64,000 nt of DNA from Lingula anatina (lineage: Eukaryota; Animalia; Brachiopoda): the NCBI GenBank assembly GCA_051362555.1, contig CM120642.1, positions 24,986,001 to 25,050,000 of the forward strand, written 5' to 3'. The translations under genes were made by a program, and so were the position numbers. Shown here piece after piece: positions 39,467-51,900 of the stretch. The stretch's first letter is position 1. Each line of letters starts with the position of its first letter. The notes beneath the pieces were generated by a model that was not told the DNA's origin, ran no database searches, and saw only the letters and a list, made by a program, of their open reading frames with translations.

Positions 39467-41404
39467 GGCCACACTTTTTTAATTTTATGGATGACATCCT
39501 GCGCGCGCACGGATTTTCGCCCGTTCTCCAAAAAAAAAAAAAAAAAAAAGCCCCCCCCCCAGCCCCCAACGAAGTCGGTTGTCGCAAACGTTGTTAGGCC
39601 ACCCTTTTTTATTTTTATGGATGACATCCTCTGGGTACCCCAAAATCGGTGCGAGAGGGCGAAAAAAAAAAACAGTCCAAAAAAAAAAACTGCTAAAGTA
39701 AAGGAATGCTGTCAGTACACAGCTGGAAACACAAATTTAACCACAGAAACACGTATCAAACTAACAATATGTCTTTATCCATGCTCTCAAAATATTAAAG
39801 CATTGTGAATACTTCGTAGAAATGTAAAAAAAAAGTCATGAATTGATATACTTCATATTACCAAATCTATTTAAGGTTATTTCATGCATTCATTTGGTAA
39901 AGCAATCAATAAAACAAATATCAATCAAACAGTGCGTCTTTATTTGTATTCTCAGAATATTAAAACATTTTGAACACTTCACAGAAATGTTTAAAAAATG
40001 ATGCAAAGATATGCTTAATACTACCAAATCTATTAAAGGTCATTTCAGACGATGCCATTTTGTCAACTTCAACTCACACGAAGCAGCTTAACTGTCAGGT
40101 GGCCTGTCCGTCCTTCAGCCCACCAAATACCTCGACGCCCTTGTCGACCCTTTTTTCGCTACAGAAAACCTGGTATTAATGTGCTGCTTTATACAGAATG
40201 TCACAGAAATGTTTCGGCCGCCTCCAGCCTTTCGCACAATTGTAAAAAGGTGATATCTCCATGCCCAATATCAATGGCATACCAATCCAAAACGATGGCG
40301 CCCGTTCTCTTGATGACTTTTATTGTTGTGTAATTTGAAAGTAATCCTAGAGATGAATTTGACAGCAAAGTGGCCGCATTTCCACGTGGTGAAAATACGC
40401 ATGCGCAGAAAGCTCATTTCCTTGCAAATTCAATAACAACGTTTGCGACAACCGACTTCGTTGGGGGCTGGGGGGGGGGCTTTTTTTTTTTTTTTTTTTT
40501 TGGAGAACGGGCGAAAATCCGTGCGCGCGCAGGATGTCATCCATAAAATTAAAAAAGTGTGGCCTTATTGAATTTGCAAGGAAATGAGCTTTCTGCGCAT
40601 GCGTATTTTCACCACGTGGAAATGCGGCCACTTTGCTGTCAAATTCATCTCTAGGATTACTTTCAAATTACACAACAATAAAAGTCATCAAGAGAACGGG
40701 CGCCATCGTTTTGGATTGGTATGCCATTGATATTGGGCATGGAGATATCACCTTTTTACAATTGTGCGAAAGGCTGGAGGCGGCCGAAACATTTCTGTGA
40801 CATTCTGTATAAAGCAGCACATTAATACCAGGTTTTCTGTAGCGAAAAAAGGGTCGACAAGGGCGTCGAGGTATTTGGTGGGCTGAAGGACGGACAGGCC
40901 ACCTGACAGTTAAGCTGCTTCGTGTGAGTTGAAGTTGACAAAATGGCATCGTCTGAAATGACCTTTAATAGATTTGGTAGTATTAAGCATATCTTTGCAT
41001 CATTTTTTAAACATTTCTGTGAAGTGTTCAAAATGTTTTAATATTCTGAGAATACAAATAAAGACGCACTGTTTGATTGATATTTGTTTTATTGATTGCT
41101 TTACCAAATGAATGCATGAAATAACCTTAAATAGATTTGGTAATATGAAGTATATCAATTCATGACTTTTTTTTTACATTTCTACGAAGTATTCACAATG
41201 CTTTAATATTTTGAGAGCATGGATAAAGACATATTGTTAGTTTGATACGTGTTTCTGTGGTTAAATTTGTGTTTCCAGCTGTGTACTGACAGCATTCCTT
41301 TACTTTAGCAGTTTTTTTTTTTGGACTGTTTTTTTTTTTCGCCCTCTCGCACCGATTTTGGGGTACCCAGAGGATGTCATCCATAAAAATAAAAAAGGGT
41401 GGCC
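39467..41404 (-). mobile_element. Non-autonomous PIF/Harbinger-like element (outer copy, inverted), interrupted by an essentially identical copy
   Basis: GGCCAC...TTTATGGATGACATCCT TIRs, TAA duplicated at 39464-39466 and 41405-41407; the two pieces are 39467-39596 and 40568-41404. Confidence 0.85.
39597..40564 (+). mobile_element. Non-autonomous PIF/Harbinger-like element (inner copy, 968 bp)
   Basis: Same ~34-bp TIRs and TTA target duplication at 39594-39596 and 40565-40567. Mirror-image ORFs in the ORF track have coordinate sums all equal to 81001. Confidence 0.88.
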
Positions 41405-42835
41405 TAATGGTGGCAGTGCACAAAATCGTTTTTTTTTTTTTTTTTTTTGGCCCATTTTGATGCATTGTAATGTAATGATTAAAAGCATGATCACCTCCAA
41501 TTTTTTTATCAAGTACCACAGGTAAAATGGATATTCAAGTAATGTAAAGAGCATAGGAGCTCAGTTTCATGGGATTTCAAAGTCACACATTGGAATGCCA
41601 AAATGTGAAAATTGAATATTTCACGCACACACACACAAATGCATAACTTTAAAAAATTAATCCAATAAAGCTGCTAATCGAATTTGTGCCATAAATCACT
41701 CCAGTTTGAGTAAAATAACTCATGTAATTGGTGAAAAAGTGCATGGCAACAACAACTGTAGTTTCATAATATCTGCTGTTTAAACAAAGCAAAGGCATGT
41801 ATGCATTAACAAAGCAAAATATATTTCACAACTGCCTTACATACATACATACAATGGTATTTATCAATATAAACAAATTTACAATGCTCTTATATTCACA
41901 ATAATAATAATAATTATAATGGTATCAACATTTCCACTGATAAAAACAAGTTTGTTACATAATCAACTACAATGTTACTACACCCAAACATTGATTTCCT
42001 CATTCTAGAGTTTATTATGTGCAACTTGAAATATTTGTTCACATAAAATCACTGCCAATATATTTTCATCAAAACAAGGATGACAAGAGCATACTCCTCC
42101 TTATTGGGTAAAAATGCTTTTCAATTAAAATTTGTACCAACATATATTCCATGCAATCTCCCTCATTTCTAGATGCACCTATCTCCATTTAATAAAATAC
42201 AATTAAATGGAAAATTCTCCCACAAAATAATGATAATAAAAAAATTAGCACAAATTATGTAGATTTATCATTTTTTAAACAAGTTTGGATGTGAACAGAA
42301 AAATTCTGGAGTCCATACGAATGTCAATATTTATGAGAGTTGTCAGTGAATTTGTGCAGACAGAGAAACATTCATAATTCATAAAAGAAAATGTCTGAAA
42401 ACTGTATTGACTGAACAGTATCTTTAAAAAATGCTCAAAAATCTAATTGAATGTTTTACATCAATGGCCTGTTGTCCATACTTTAACCTTGCAATTGACC
42501 TCCTTCATTCCCTTCTACACACACCTTACAATAATCAATTTAAATGATGTAATCTAATCACTACGCACCATTTTATTACCCATTACAATGTCATCAAATT
42601 CAGCGTAAAATAATGATAATTTAAGATGCTGTTAGAATGAGAAACTGTATGTTAAATACCAAAAAACATAGAACAATCATTTAGTGGATTCTGCATTGTG
42701 ACCTTAACTTATTCCCTGATATCTTACATTGTTCTGGTGTTAGTAAATAGGCGCATCTTAAAGGTCAATTATTCCATTCTACCCATGTTAATAAACTTGC
42801 CTTATAAAAAAAAAAAAGACTTTCCTGAACTCTAA

Positions 42836-43019
42836 GTGTGCCTTCAGAACAGCAGACTAACAAATCGCAGATCAACCATGTCAACACACTAAAAAGCTTG
42901 CCGCTTTAATCCCAATTAGACACTGAACAGTCTCCGAACAGAGATTATGCAACAAGCATTCACGGGAGTCGGCCATATTTGATCTGTGCGTCTGTTAGTC
43001 TGCTTTTCTGAATGCGCTC
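42836..43019. mobile_element. Fold-back MITE family ('gactaacagatcc...gtctgttagtc'), copy with TAA flanks; relatives at about 2303-2486 and 16589-16797
   Basis: Long imperfect TIRs (ttcagaacagcagactaaca / tgttagtctgcttttctgaa), shared ggccatatt(t)gatcc and aagcttgcc blocks in all three copies. Confidence 0.7.
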
Positions 43020-43072
43020 TAAGAAAAAAAAGATCTCAAGATGGGATACCAACACAGCATTACTTCAACATA

Positions 43073-43412
43073 CACTAGTGGGCTAGATTTGGTCTTAAAG
43101 TGCAATTTAAGTTCACAAGTGATCTTACACGATCTTAATCATTACAGCAGTAGTCTTAAAATGGACTGAATCTGTTTTTAAGATCACAAATGATCTAACA
43201 TCTACTTAAGTGGTCAAGCAGTTTCCTCCCCTCACAATGGGGGATACCTCCCCTCACAATAGAGGACACCTCTGCTCACAATAGGAGAATGTGTAAGAGA
43301 GGACAACTTAATTAGCTGTCAGACTAGAAATGGTCTTACTCATGTTTTAAGATCATGTAAGACTATTTGTGTTCTTAATTTGCACTTTAAGACTAAATCA
43401 AGCCCACTAGTG
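43073..43412. mobile_element. Non-autonomous element with CACTA...TAGTG termini (CMC/EnSpm-like)
   Basis: ~65-bp TIRs starting CACTAGTGGGCT, 3-bp ATA duplication at 43070-43072 and 43413-43415, internal ~22-bp tandem repeat (cctcccctcacaat...) x3. Confidence 0.7.
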
Positions 43413-43690
43413 ATACATATTGGTCTTCCCTGCCTTTAATCCAGTGGCAAGCAAGCAAACTAAAGGTATCAGTTCTAATCTATATCAGATTGGAAAATGG
43501 GTGACAAGTTATTATCTATTTTGTGAATACAGAAGTCACCAATAAAATGTCTATGTATTAGAAAAGTTCACCTGCAATGTGATCAGTATAGACTACTGTA
43601 CAGAAGGCAAATAGTGTGATTTATATTAGTACCGTATGACACATTTACCATCATTTCAATTTGTTGAAATGCCCCTTAATTCTAATAAGT

Positions 43691-43798
43691 TCAAACACCT
43701 TTATTTTTCTTCTCTGAACTACCAAGTAATAATTCCAAAAGTTATCAAACACCTTTACTTTTCTTCTCTGAACTACCAAGTAATAATTCCAAAAGTTA
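43691..43798. repeat. 54-bp tandem duplication (2 copies, one mismatch)
   Basis: tcaaacacctttatttttcttctctgaactaccaagtaataattccaaaagtta repeated twice. Confidence 0.9.
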
Positions 43799-45723
43799 TC
43801 AGGAAACAGCAAGATCAAGTAAACCAAAATCAACTCACTCGATTGACCTATTGATAGCACGAAAATATCAAGTGATAATATATCTTCTTCTTAATTAACA
43901 ACAACGTAATAAACAAGGGGTTTTTCAAAATCAGGAAATCCTGTGTGGAGAGAGAAGTCTATTCGAAGTACTTCTTGTTGATATCACGGAAAATCTATTT
44001 TCAGACTAAAAATTGATCATTGAGGATATAAACAACTTCTTGGTGTTAAGTTACCAAGAAGACAGAATGTCAAGAGTTCTGAAAATTATACAAAAACACC
44101 AAATTCAAGATGTTGCCAAAATAATATAGTTACACATATTTCACTTACATTAATTTTTTTTTATGTGTCTTCTAAGGCATTTTAATAATGACTTAAGTGC
44201 TGTAAGTGCATATATGTCTTAATGCTACCTTTATGGTTTTACTGGCCATCCAAATATTACATTTGGAAATTGTTATCCACAGTTGTCAACACAAAGCACA
44301 CCAGACAAACATGAAAACCATCCAAGCTAGGTAGATGTTTAAGTTAGGGAAATAAATTTCATGGTAAAGTTAGGCAGGGAAGACACTATGTAAAAGTTAG
44401 CCTAGGAACACTACGAATGAATGAGGCAGTAAAGATAACATAGGAAGATAACATGTATAGTCACCTTGAAGAATATTTGTTAACTTATAATTTATTTGCA
44501 ATATGAACCCAATCATGGAAATTTTAATGACTAAATTGAATGAAGTGTTTAGTTTCTTTTTCTATTTTTTGTTGAAAGTTTTCTCCCATTTGTTCCAATT
44601 CAAGTCTTTTGGATTGCCATTGCCATATGCAAAAGTTTTCTTACATGTGACATTTTAATAAAGAGAAGTGCATTACATTTTCATAGTGGGAGAGTTTGAT
44701 ACTGTGATAATGTAATGATAAACTTCCGTGTCCTTAGCCAAATGTTTTGAATTCTTGTGCTAAAATCTAAGTATTATTTCCCATGCTCCGTGCACAAGCT
44801 TCTTATGAACCTCTTAAATACAGTCCTAAATTTTGCACAAAATTGCCACGTACTGGGAAATGCCAACTGCAACTCATTTATTGAATTAATTATTTTTCTG
44901 CGATTTCCTTCCTCTTTTTAAACACACCTGTGAGTGTGATTTTGGCAAGAAATGGAAGACAACATTCATCAACAAAGGAAGAGTATTCATATTAAATCGG
45001 CAAGAAAAAGAAAACAAAACTAGACTTTTTTTGTACCTTTGTAAGCCTCGGGACAACATAAGGTTGACAACATCATACTAAACAGCTTATAAACATAGTT
45101 AGACATCCAGTTGGTATGATGTTGTCTTAGATTTAATATTGTAAGTCCAGAAATACAATTTAGAAAATTTATATATATATATGCATATATAAATAAATAT
45201 ATATATAAATATGTATATTATAACTGAGAGGTGAAGACCAGTCATTTAAATAGAAAAGCTACACAAAATTTTCATAATTCTCATTCTTCTGTGCCAAATG
45301 AAATGACGAAAAGAAATTTACCATACTAAGATTCATGCAGAAGTACACAACTCTTCAAAACTAAGGACTGGGGAATTGACAGCCTATTATTTCTAGGGCA
45401 CTGGCACTTTGGTTTAAAAAATCTGATCTTCAAATTTTCATTTCAAAAACTTATACAGTTTTTTTATCCATGTCTGTAATATATGAAATATCACTTTTAT
45501 ATTACAAATACTTGTCTTTTACTTGCTATAATACAAGCTGCTTTTTAGCTGCAAATGAAATTTTACAATTAGAAAAAAAAAAAAAAAATTCTTGACATTG
45601 AAAACTGAATTTCTCATCTAAGAGTTCCATGATCTGCATGAGGAGAAATATTTTCTTTTCTGACTGGCTGTTGCGGTGCTTCGACTTCCACTCAAATTCA
45701 CCACAAGGGCCTTGGACAAAGTT

Positions 45724-45920
45724 CTACCTTGGTGAACTAGCACCGTTTCCATCAGCGGCATCTTCCTCCTCATCTACATATGCACACGGGAAGTAACCAA
45801 TCTGAAGTCAGATAACAAAAATTTCAAATCTTTTCATTGATTACTTACGGAATGGAAAAACAATCAACTGAGATACAATTCTGCTTGTGACAACTTATTC
45901 TCTCCAATTAAATCGCCTTG

Positions 45921-45959
<39 letters not shown>

Positions 45960-48900
45960 ATAAATAAGAATGATGTCATTTTTCTTCAGATTCTGCTAGA
46001 CATCGAAACATTGGAGGTAAAAAATATCTCAATATTAGCTGTTGACTGTAGAAAAATTACATCATTTTTATAACATAACACAGCTGATGAAATTCTTCTC
46101 TGACACACTCTAGGAATATTTTAAAGTGATACAGGTAAAGGGAAAGTTTATCCAGCATACCTTTCCTCTTAATTCACCTTTCCACCAGCCCCTGTCTTCC
46201 CCCTGCTTGCTGACAATCTTGATCCTGTCCCCTTTAGTAAGTGAAATTTGATTGGTTGCCGTTGCAGCGTAGTCAAATGAGGCCACTGCATAACCCAAGG
46301 CTGGCGTTTCTCGGGGTGCTGGATGAAAAACTAATAAAGTATTATCATAAGGAATAAATGAATAAGGATAAGCACTGCATAGGTATGCAGAAACCAAACT
46401 TATTTTTTATTACTAAGACAGTGGACAACTTGGTTGGTAGACATACATGTCATGCTCAATTATTAAAAAAGATTAATAAATAAAATACATCATTTTGCAG
46501 TTTACCTCAATTATAAGAAACTGTTTAAAATTGTTCACTTATAATGACTGAATATACTTCATAAATTAAAAGCATATTGACGGGCACTTAGCTTTTTGTT
46601 TTACAAAAACATAGTTTACCTGCATTTTGCCTCACACTTTCATTGTACGGAATACTTAATACTGTGTCCAATTCTGGGAAGCTGTAGGCTAAAGAATTTT
46701 TCTGGTAATAGTCTACCAATTCCTATAAAAATGTGTAAAATTGAGGTTATCTGAGGTATTCAAATGTAATCTTTAAATTAAATATATTTCCATGAAAATA
46801 AAAGAATGAACCATTGAAATAAGGGAACACCCAATATTTAAAGGCACCCCCAAGGCCTGTTTCACAAAACTTTAATCTACTCCAATTTAAGATAGATCCA
46901 CAGTAGTCCACTTCAAAATTTTTTTTTTTTTTTGTTATAAAACAGGTGCGGGGCATAGTTTCATTTAATTGAATTACCACCAATTTTTGTCTTATTAATT
47001 TGGACCAATTTTCAGACTTTAGTAATTTTGTGAAAGAACACCCATCCCCTAGGAAACCAGAGGAAACCCCCTGACATTATCACTCTTCTCACTTTGGGGA
47101 CCTGAGACGTTAACATAATCCTCGAGTAGTAGGAGACCTTCCTGTATGACCAAAATCAATTATCACATTGAGCAATCCATTAATGCATTTCAAGCTATTC
47201 ACCACCCATCAAATAAATCTTTTATGAAATCTGAGATGAACAAGATAAAATAAAATGAAAAGCAATTATATTGACTCACTGGTATACTCCTAAAAAATCG
47301 ACAGTCTGCCAGATAGAAAGACCCTTCCTGTGTTCTCATGACCCGTATGTGTTTAACGTTGTTGTCATATCTGACAAAGAAGAGGTAAAATTCAGAAAAT
47401 TGATGAACATTTAGTATACAATAAATGTAAGACAATTTCTTATCAATGGGCAATAATGATTGAAAAGCATACTGTTTAAAGATATTTAAGACAGCTTGAA
47501 AACTTTGAAAATAAGGTATGCTTTTAAAACAAAATCAAATATTTACTGAACATATTTCAATTACTTGCAACCATTCACCACAACTGAACGCTCAATAATA
47601 AAAAATTCACAAAGAGAAAAAAAATAATATAATAATGATAATTAAGAAATACAAGCCGATAGAAGAGAGAAAAATACTTTTGGAAACTCCTCAGACCTTC
47701 ACTGACAAAATAAGACTGTTGTCTCCAGCATGCACAATGCATACCAAACACTTAACAAGACACTTTCATATCTAAGAAAATCTAACATATTATTAATTAA
47801 TAAAAACAATGTTATTTTATCACTTAAAAAAAAGATAAATTTTGAATTGAAACTCACTTCACACTCAGGGCGTAGTCCCCCCGCCTGGCAGGGTTGATAC
47901 TCTCCCGGATAAGGTACGTACTGCTGGGATGGTGTTCTAGCTTGACCATTGCACTTTCACGACTCATTTCTCCCACATACCTAATATGGGGGGAAAAAGT
48001 TACAGTGCAAAGATACTGGTGTGATTCAGAAATAAATGCAACCACAGGTGAAATAAAAGATTATTGGTAATATGAGATAAAAAATTACAACTATATTGAC
48101 AATATTTCAAGAAATGAATAAACTTTTTAAGTTCTTAAAAAGAAAACTGGACAGTTTCAGTCATCCTTATGCTATGTTTAACAAAGACCTTTTTAAACTA
48201 TATTATGTTTTATTAAATCAGTTTACATTCAATAGCTTTGAATCTACATTTTAAAGAAAATATTTAACAGCAAAGGTCCAAAAATGCTAAAAGGTGCCAC
48301 TAATATTGAAAGAACTATGTGGTGCTTTGCAACATTAGAAAAATTAAAGCTAAATTAGCTGAATAACACACTTAACATTTGCTGGGATCTTAACACACAA
48401 AACTACCCAGTAATTAGTCAAAAAAAAAAAAAAAAAAAAATCTGCTGACATATAACATACATGCTGTTATTTCCACTAATGTAAAATTCTAATGTTACAG
48501 TACCTATTATGCTTTTTTGTCATAAGAAGGACTTTCTTTCTTATTTTTTGCAAGTAAGCTAATTTTTTTCATGGTTCACACATCAACTCTTTGATCAAGA
48601 AAAAAAATCATGAAAAATTAATTTTCACACACAGTGTAACATTCTTTTTTTTTCCTTTCGGGAAATGTATAAAATCATCTGATGACACCATGAAACTCTG
48701 AACATACCAAGGATATCCTTCTAAGTTAGCCAGGTTGATGTATGGATGTTTCTGTGAGGCCGAACTGGCTGGCCTTGGTGACCTTTGTAATGGAGAACCA
48801 ATGGGTGATTGGTTCTCATCATTATGTAATGGGGATGGAGGACGGACATCATGATGCAGATACGAAGGCCCACGCTGGAACTAGCAATTGTTGAAAAAAA

Positions 48901-51900
48901 CATGCAGCTTTGTATTTAACAAGTAAAGCCAAGCACTATTTGGGTATAAGTATAAACAACCAGGTCAGTACAAATGGGAATAATCCGAGATAGCCTATAA
49001 TGACGCATTTTCATGGCAGAATCTGCTTGAAGTGAGGTTTACTTTTCAGCAACAAGGGTGAAACCTCTGCATGTTTCCTTAGAAAGCAATTTAGTGCCAC
49101 TGAAAACATGCCGAATTCCTACTTGTTTGCCAGAACTTAAAAAAGAAAACAAGCTTTAAAACATCTGCACTTGTCACTCTGCCATTTATTTTAGACATCA
49201 TTCTCCACGAATCCTGTGAAATCTGACTTAATTTTCTACTACACTGTAAGACTTTGAGCTATCTTGGTTGATTCCCATAAGTTCTGACATCTATATGAAA
49301 ATCTCTTTAAACTTTCTCCTGGGTTTGATATCACCTGGGTTTGTGATAAATCAACATAGATTATCATGGATGAGTAAGCAATGACCTTGTTTTTGTTATT
49401 GCAATTTGATGCATGATAAACTCGTGCTTAATATCAATAACACTAATGTCCCATTTTTCAGAATCATAGATGGTTCACAAAAAAGGAGAAGTTTTTCAGA
49501 GCAACAGAGAATCTGAAGTGAAAATAGCATAGTTAGTGACAGTTCAACATTTATGGGGAACAATTTTTTTTTCAAATGTAAAAAAAGTAAAAAAAAAAGG
49601 CTGGACTAATGGAAACTTCTGGAAGGATTCCTAAAATAAAAACCTTTCAAAACAATACCAAGAGTTCTAAAACTGCATTGTCTTAATACAGTTTAAAAGT
49701 GCATAGGATGTTTGACATATAAACTTGAAAGTTATCATCACAAAGCACCCTTTGTTAAGATTTTTTCCTTGAAAGGCTCTACAGGATTGTTTTTTTCTAA
49801 GATGAAAAACCATGCAATACACAGTATATTTACATAAGAGGATCTAGTATACATATTTTGTATGTGGGGCTGCATGAATGCTTCTACACCAAGATAACAG
49901 CGTTGCCAGCACAAGGAATAGGAGGGTGAGGGTGGGGACTGTCAGTCCAACACATTTTCTGATTATGAAAAAAAAAAAAAATAATAATAAAATAAATAAA
50001 TAAAATAAAGAGGCTGGCAACTCTGTAAGTATCATTCAATGGTTTTTTAATATAAACTGCCAGCTAAGAAATCCTCAAATAAACAATCAAACACATGAGG
50101 CTATAAAGCATTAAACATGCCCAGCACATGAAAAAAAAATGAGTCACTGAAAAGATTTTAGAAGCTATCCATCTTCTTTCATACCAGGGATACTGTTTAA
50201 ACTCCTCCTGTAGACTTGGAGCATTAACATACTGATGCCCGCCGCTGCCTCGTCCTCGATAATGAGTGGCAGCCTGAGAGAGGGACGGCAGGACTTGTTG
50301 TTCGTAAGATGGTTTACGTGGAGGAGGAGGTACAGGTATGGGCACTGACTATAGACAGAACAGACAGGCAACAAGTGAGAAAAAGAGAGAAAAAAATACT
50401 TGCTACCAGAACAAATGACCAGACTTAATAATGCACAGCTTAACTTCCTGTGGACAAAGATTACTAGACTTGATACTGCAGCTATCAAAATGGCAGTCTA
50501 GTTTTAAATGCTGGAATTTTAAAATATACAACTCAACCATATCTATAATAAATAATATCAAATACACTTCCTGTAAATGGAAAATAAAAATGAATTACAA
50601 TTATGATGGAATATAAATACAACCAATTAAGCAATTCTTTAAATTACCCCAAGATTATCATGAAATGTTTTTCAAAAGACTCAATTATCTATTTTTTTCT
50701 ATTTGATAGGCATCCAAATATCACACGACAGAGAGTCTGCTTCCCATTCATTTGTACAGGTAAGCCTCCCCTTTGGATTTTGACCCATTTAGGTCAGGCT
50801 AACCCTAACCATTGTAACTAAATGGAGGGCAGACTTTCTGTTACACAGGGAGCCTCAGTTTTGCTACAGGCTTCCGAAATATCACCCACCGGTCTCCTGT
50901 ACTCCTCCACATAGGATTTGAGAAAGAATCCTTCCTTTCCGTGAAGTCTCCCTTCCCACCATTGCACATTGTCATTACTGATCAGGTCTATCACGTCGCC
51001 CTGCTCAAACTTCAACGCCTGTCCCTTGTTTGTAGGTGGGGCAGGTGTACCAGTGTAGGATGCTACGGCTTTCACCTTTATACCTGGAAAATTAAGATTT
51101 ACTATTTAAATAAAGATTTATTCATTTATTTATTTTTTTTTTAAGTCCAATTTTGGAGATTTGAGGTAAGGTCTTATGAAACCAGTTCTGACATTCATTT
51201 CTAGGTATTTTTCATCTTTTTGTCTTCAATCAAAATACTTGCCATAAGATGCATTAAACATAAAATAATATAACCAGAGGCACTGAATTTGGAAGAGAAT
51301 TCACTTGTGACAGGCAACAAAGTAAATATTCACCCAAACTCGGTTTAGCTGGCAGTCCTCTAGAATGCGCGGAAGACACGGATGCTGAGCGGTGGTTGTA
51401 GACTGTGGAGGACCTGTCAATGGGACGTGGTGGAAGTTCAGGGGCTGGACCTGAGAAACAATGAAAAAATCTTTAAAAGCAAATGTATATGCTACCAGAA
51501 AACCCCGTCTGTTGACCAACTGTGAAAAGTACATTTCTCCTAAATTGTTTAACTGTTTTTTTTTTTTTAATTTTAGGCCACACTTTTTTATTTTTATGGA
51601 TGACATCCTCTGGGGACCCCAAAATCGGTGCGAGCGGGCGAAAAAAAAAAAAAAAAAAAACAGTCCAAAAAAAAAAAAATGCTTAAGAAAAGTTATGTTT
51701 TCAGTACACAGCTGGAAACACTAATTTACCACAGAAACACGTATCAAACTAACAACATGTCTTTATCCATGCTCTCAAAATATTAAAGCATTGTGAATAG
51801 GGCCTACTTCGTAGAAAGGTAAAAAGTCATGAATATATAGGCCCTATATGCTGCATATTACCAAATCTATTTAAGGTTATTTCATGCATTCTGTTGGTAT

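Noticed and set aside
39970-41031. Pairs of identical 69-aa and 93-aa ORFs on opposite strands
   Set aside because: A by-product of the inverted MITE copies; no transposase motifs, and the frames differ in the third copy
48679-48700. CTGATGA...GAAAC on the plus strand
   Set aside because: No stem II or stems I/III can form
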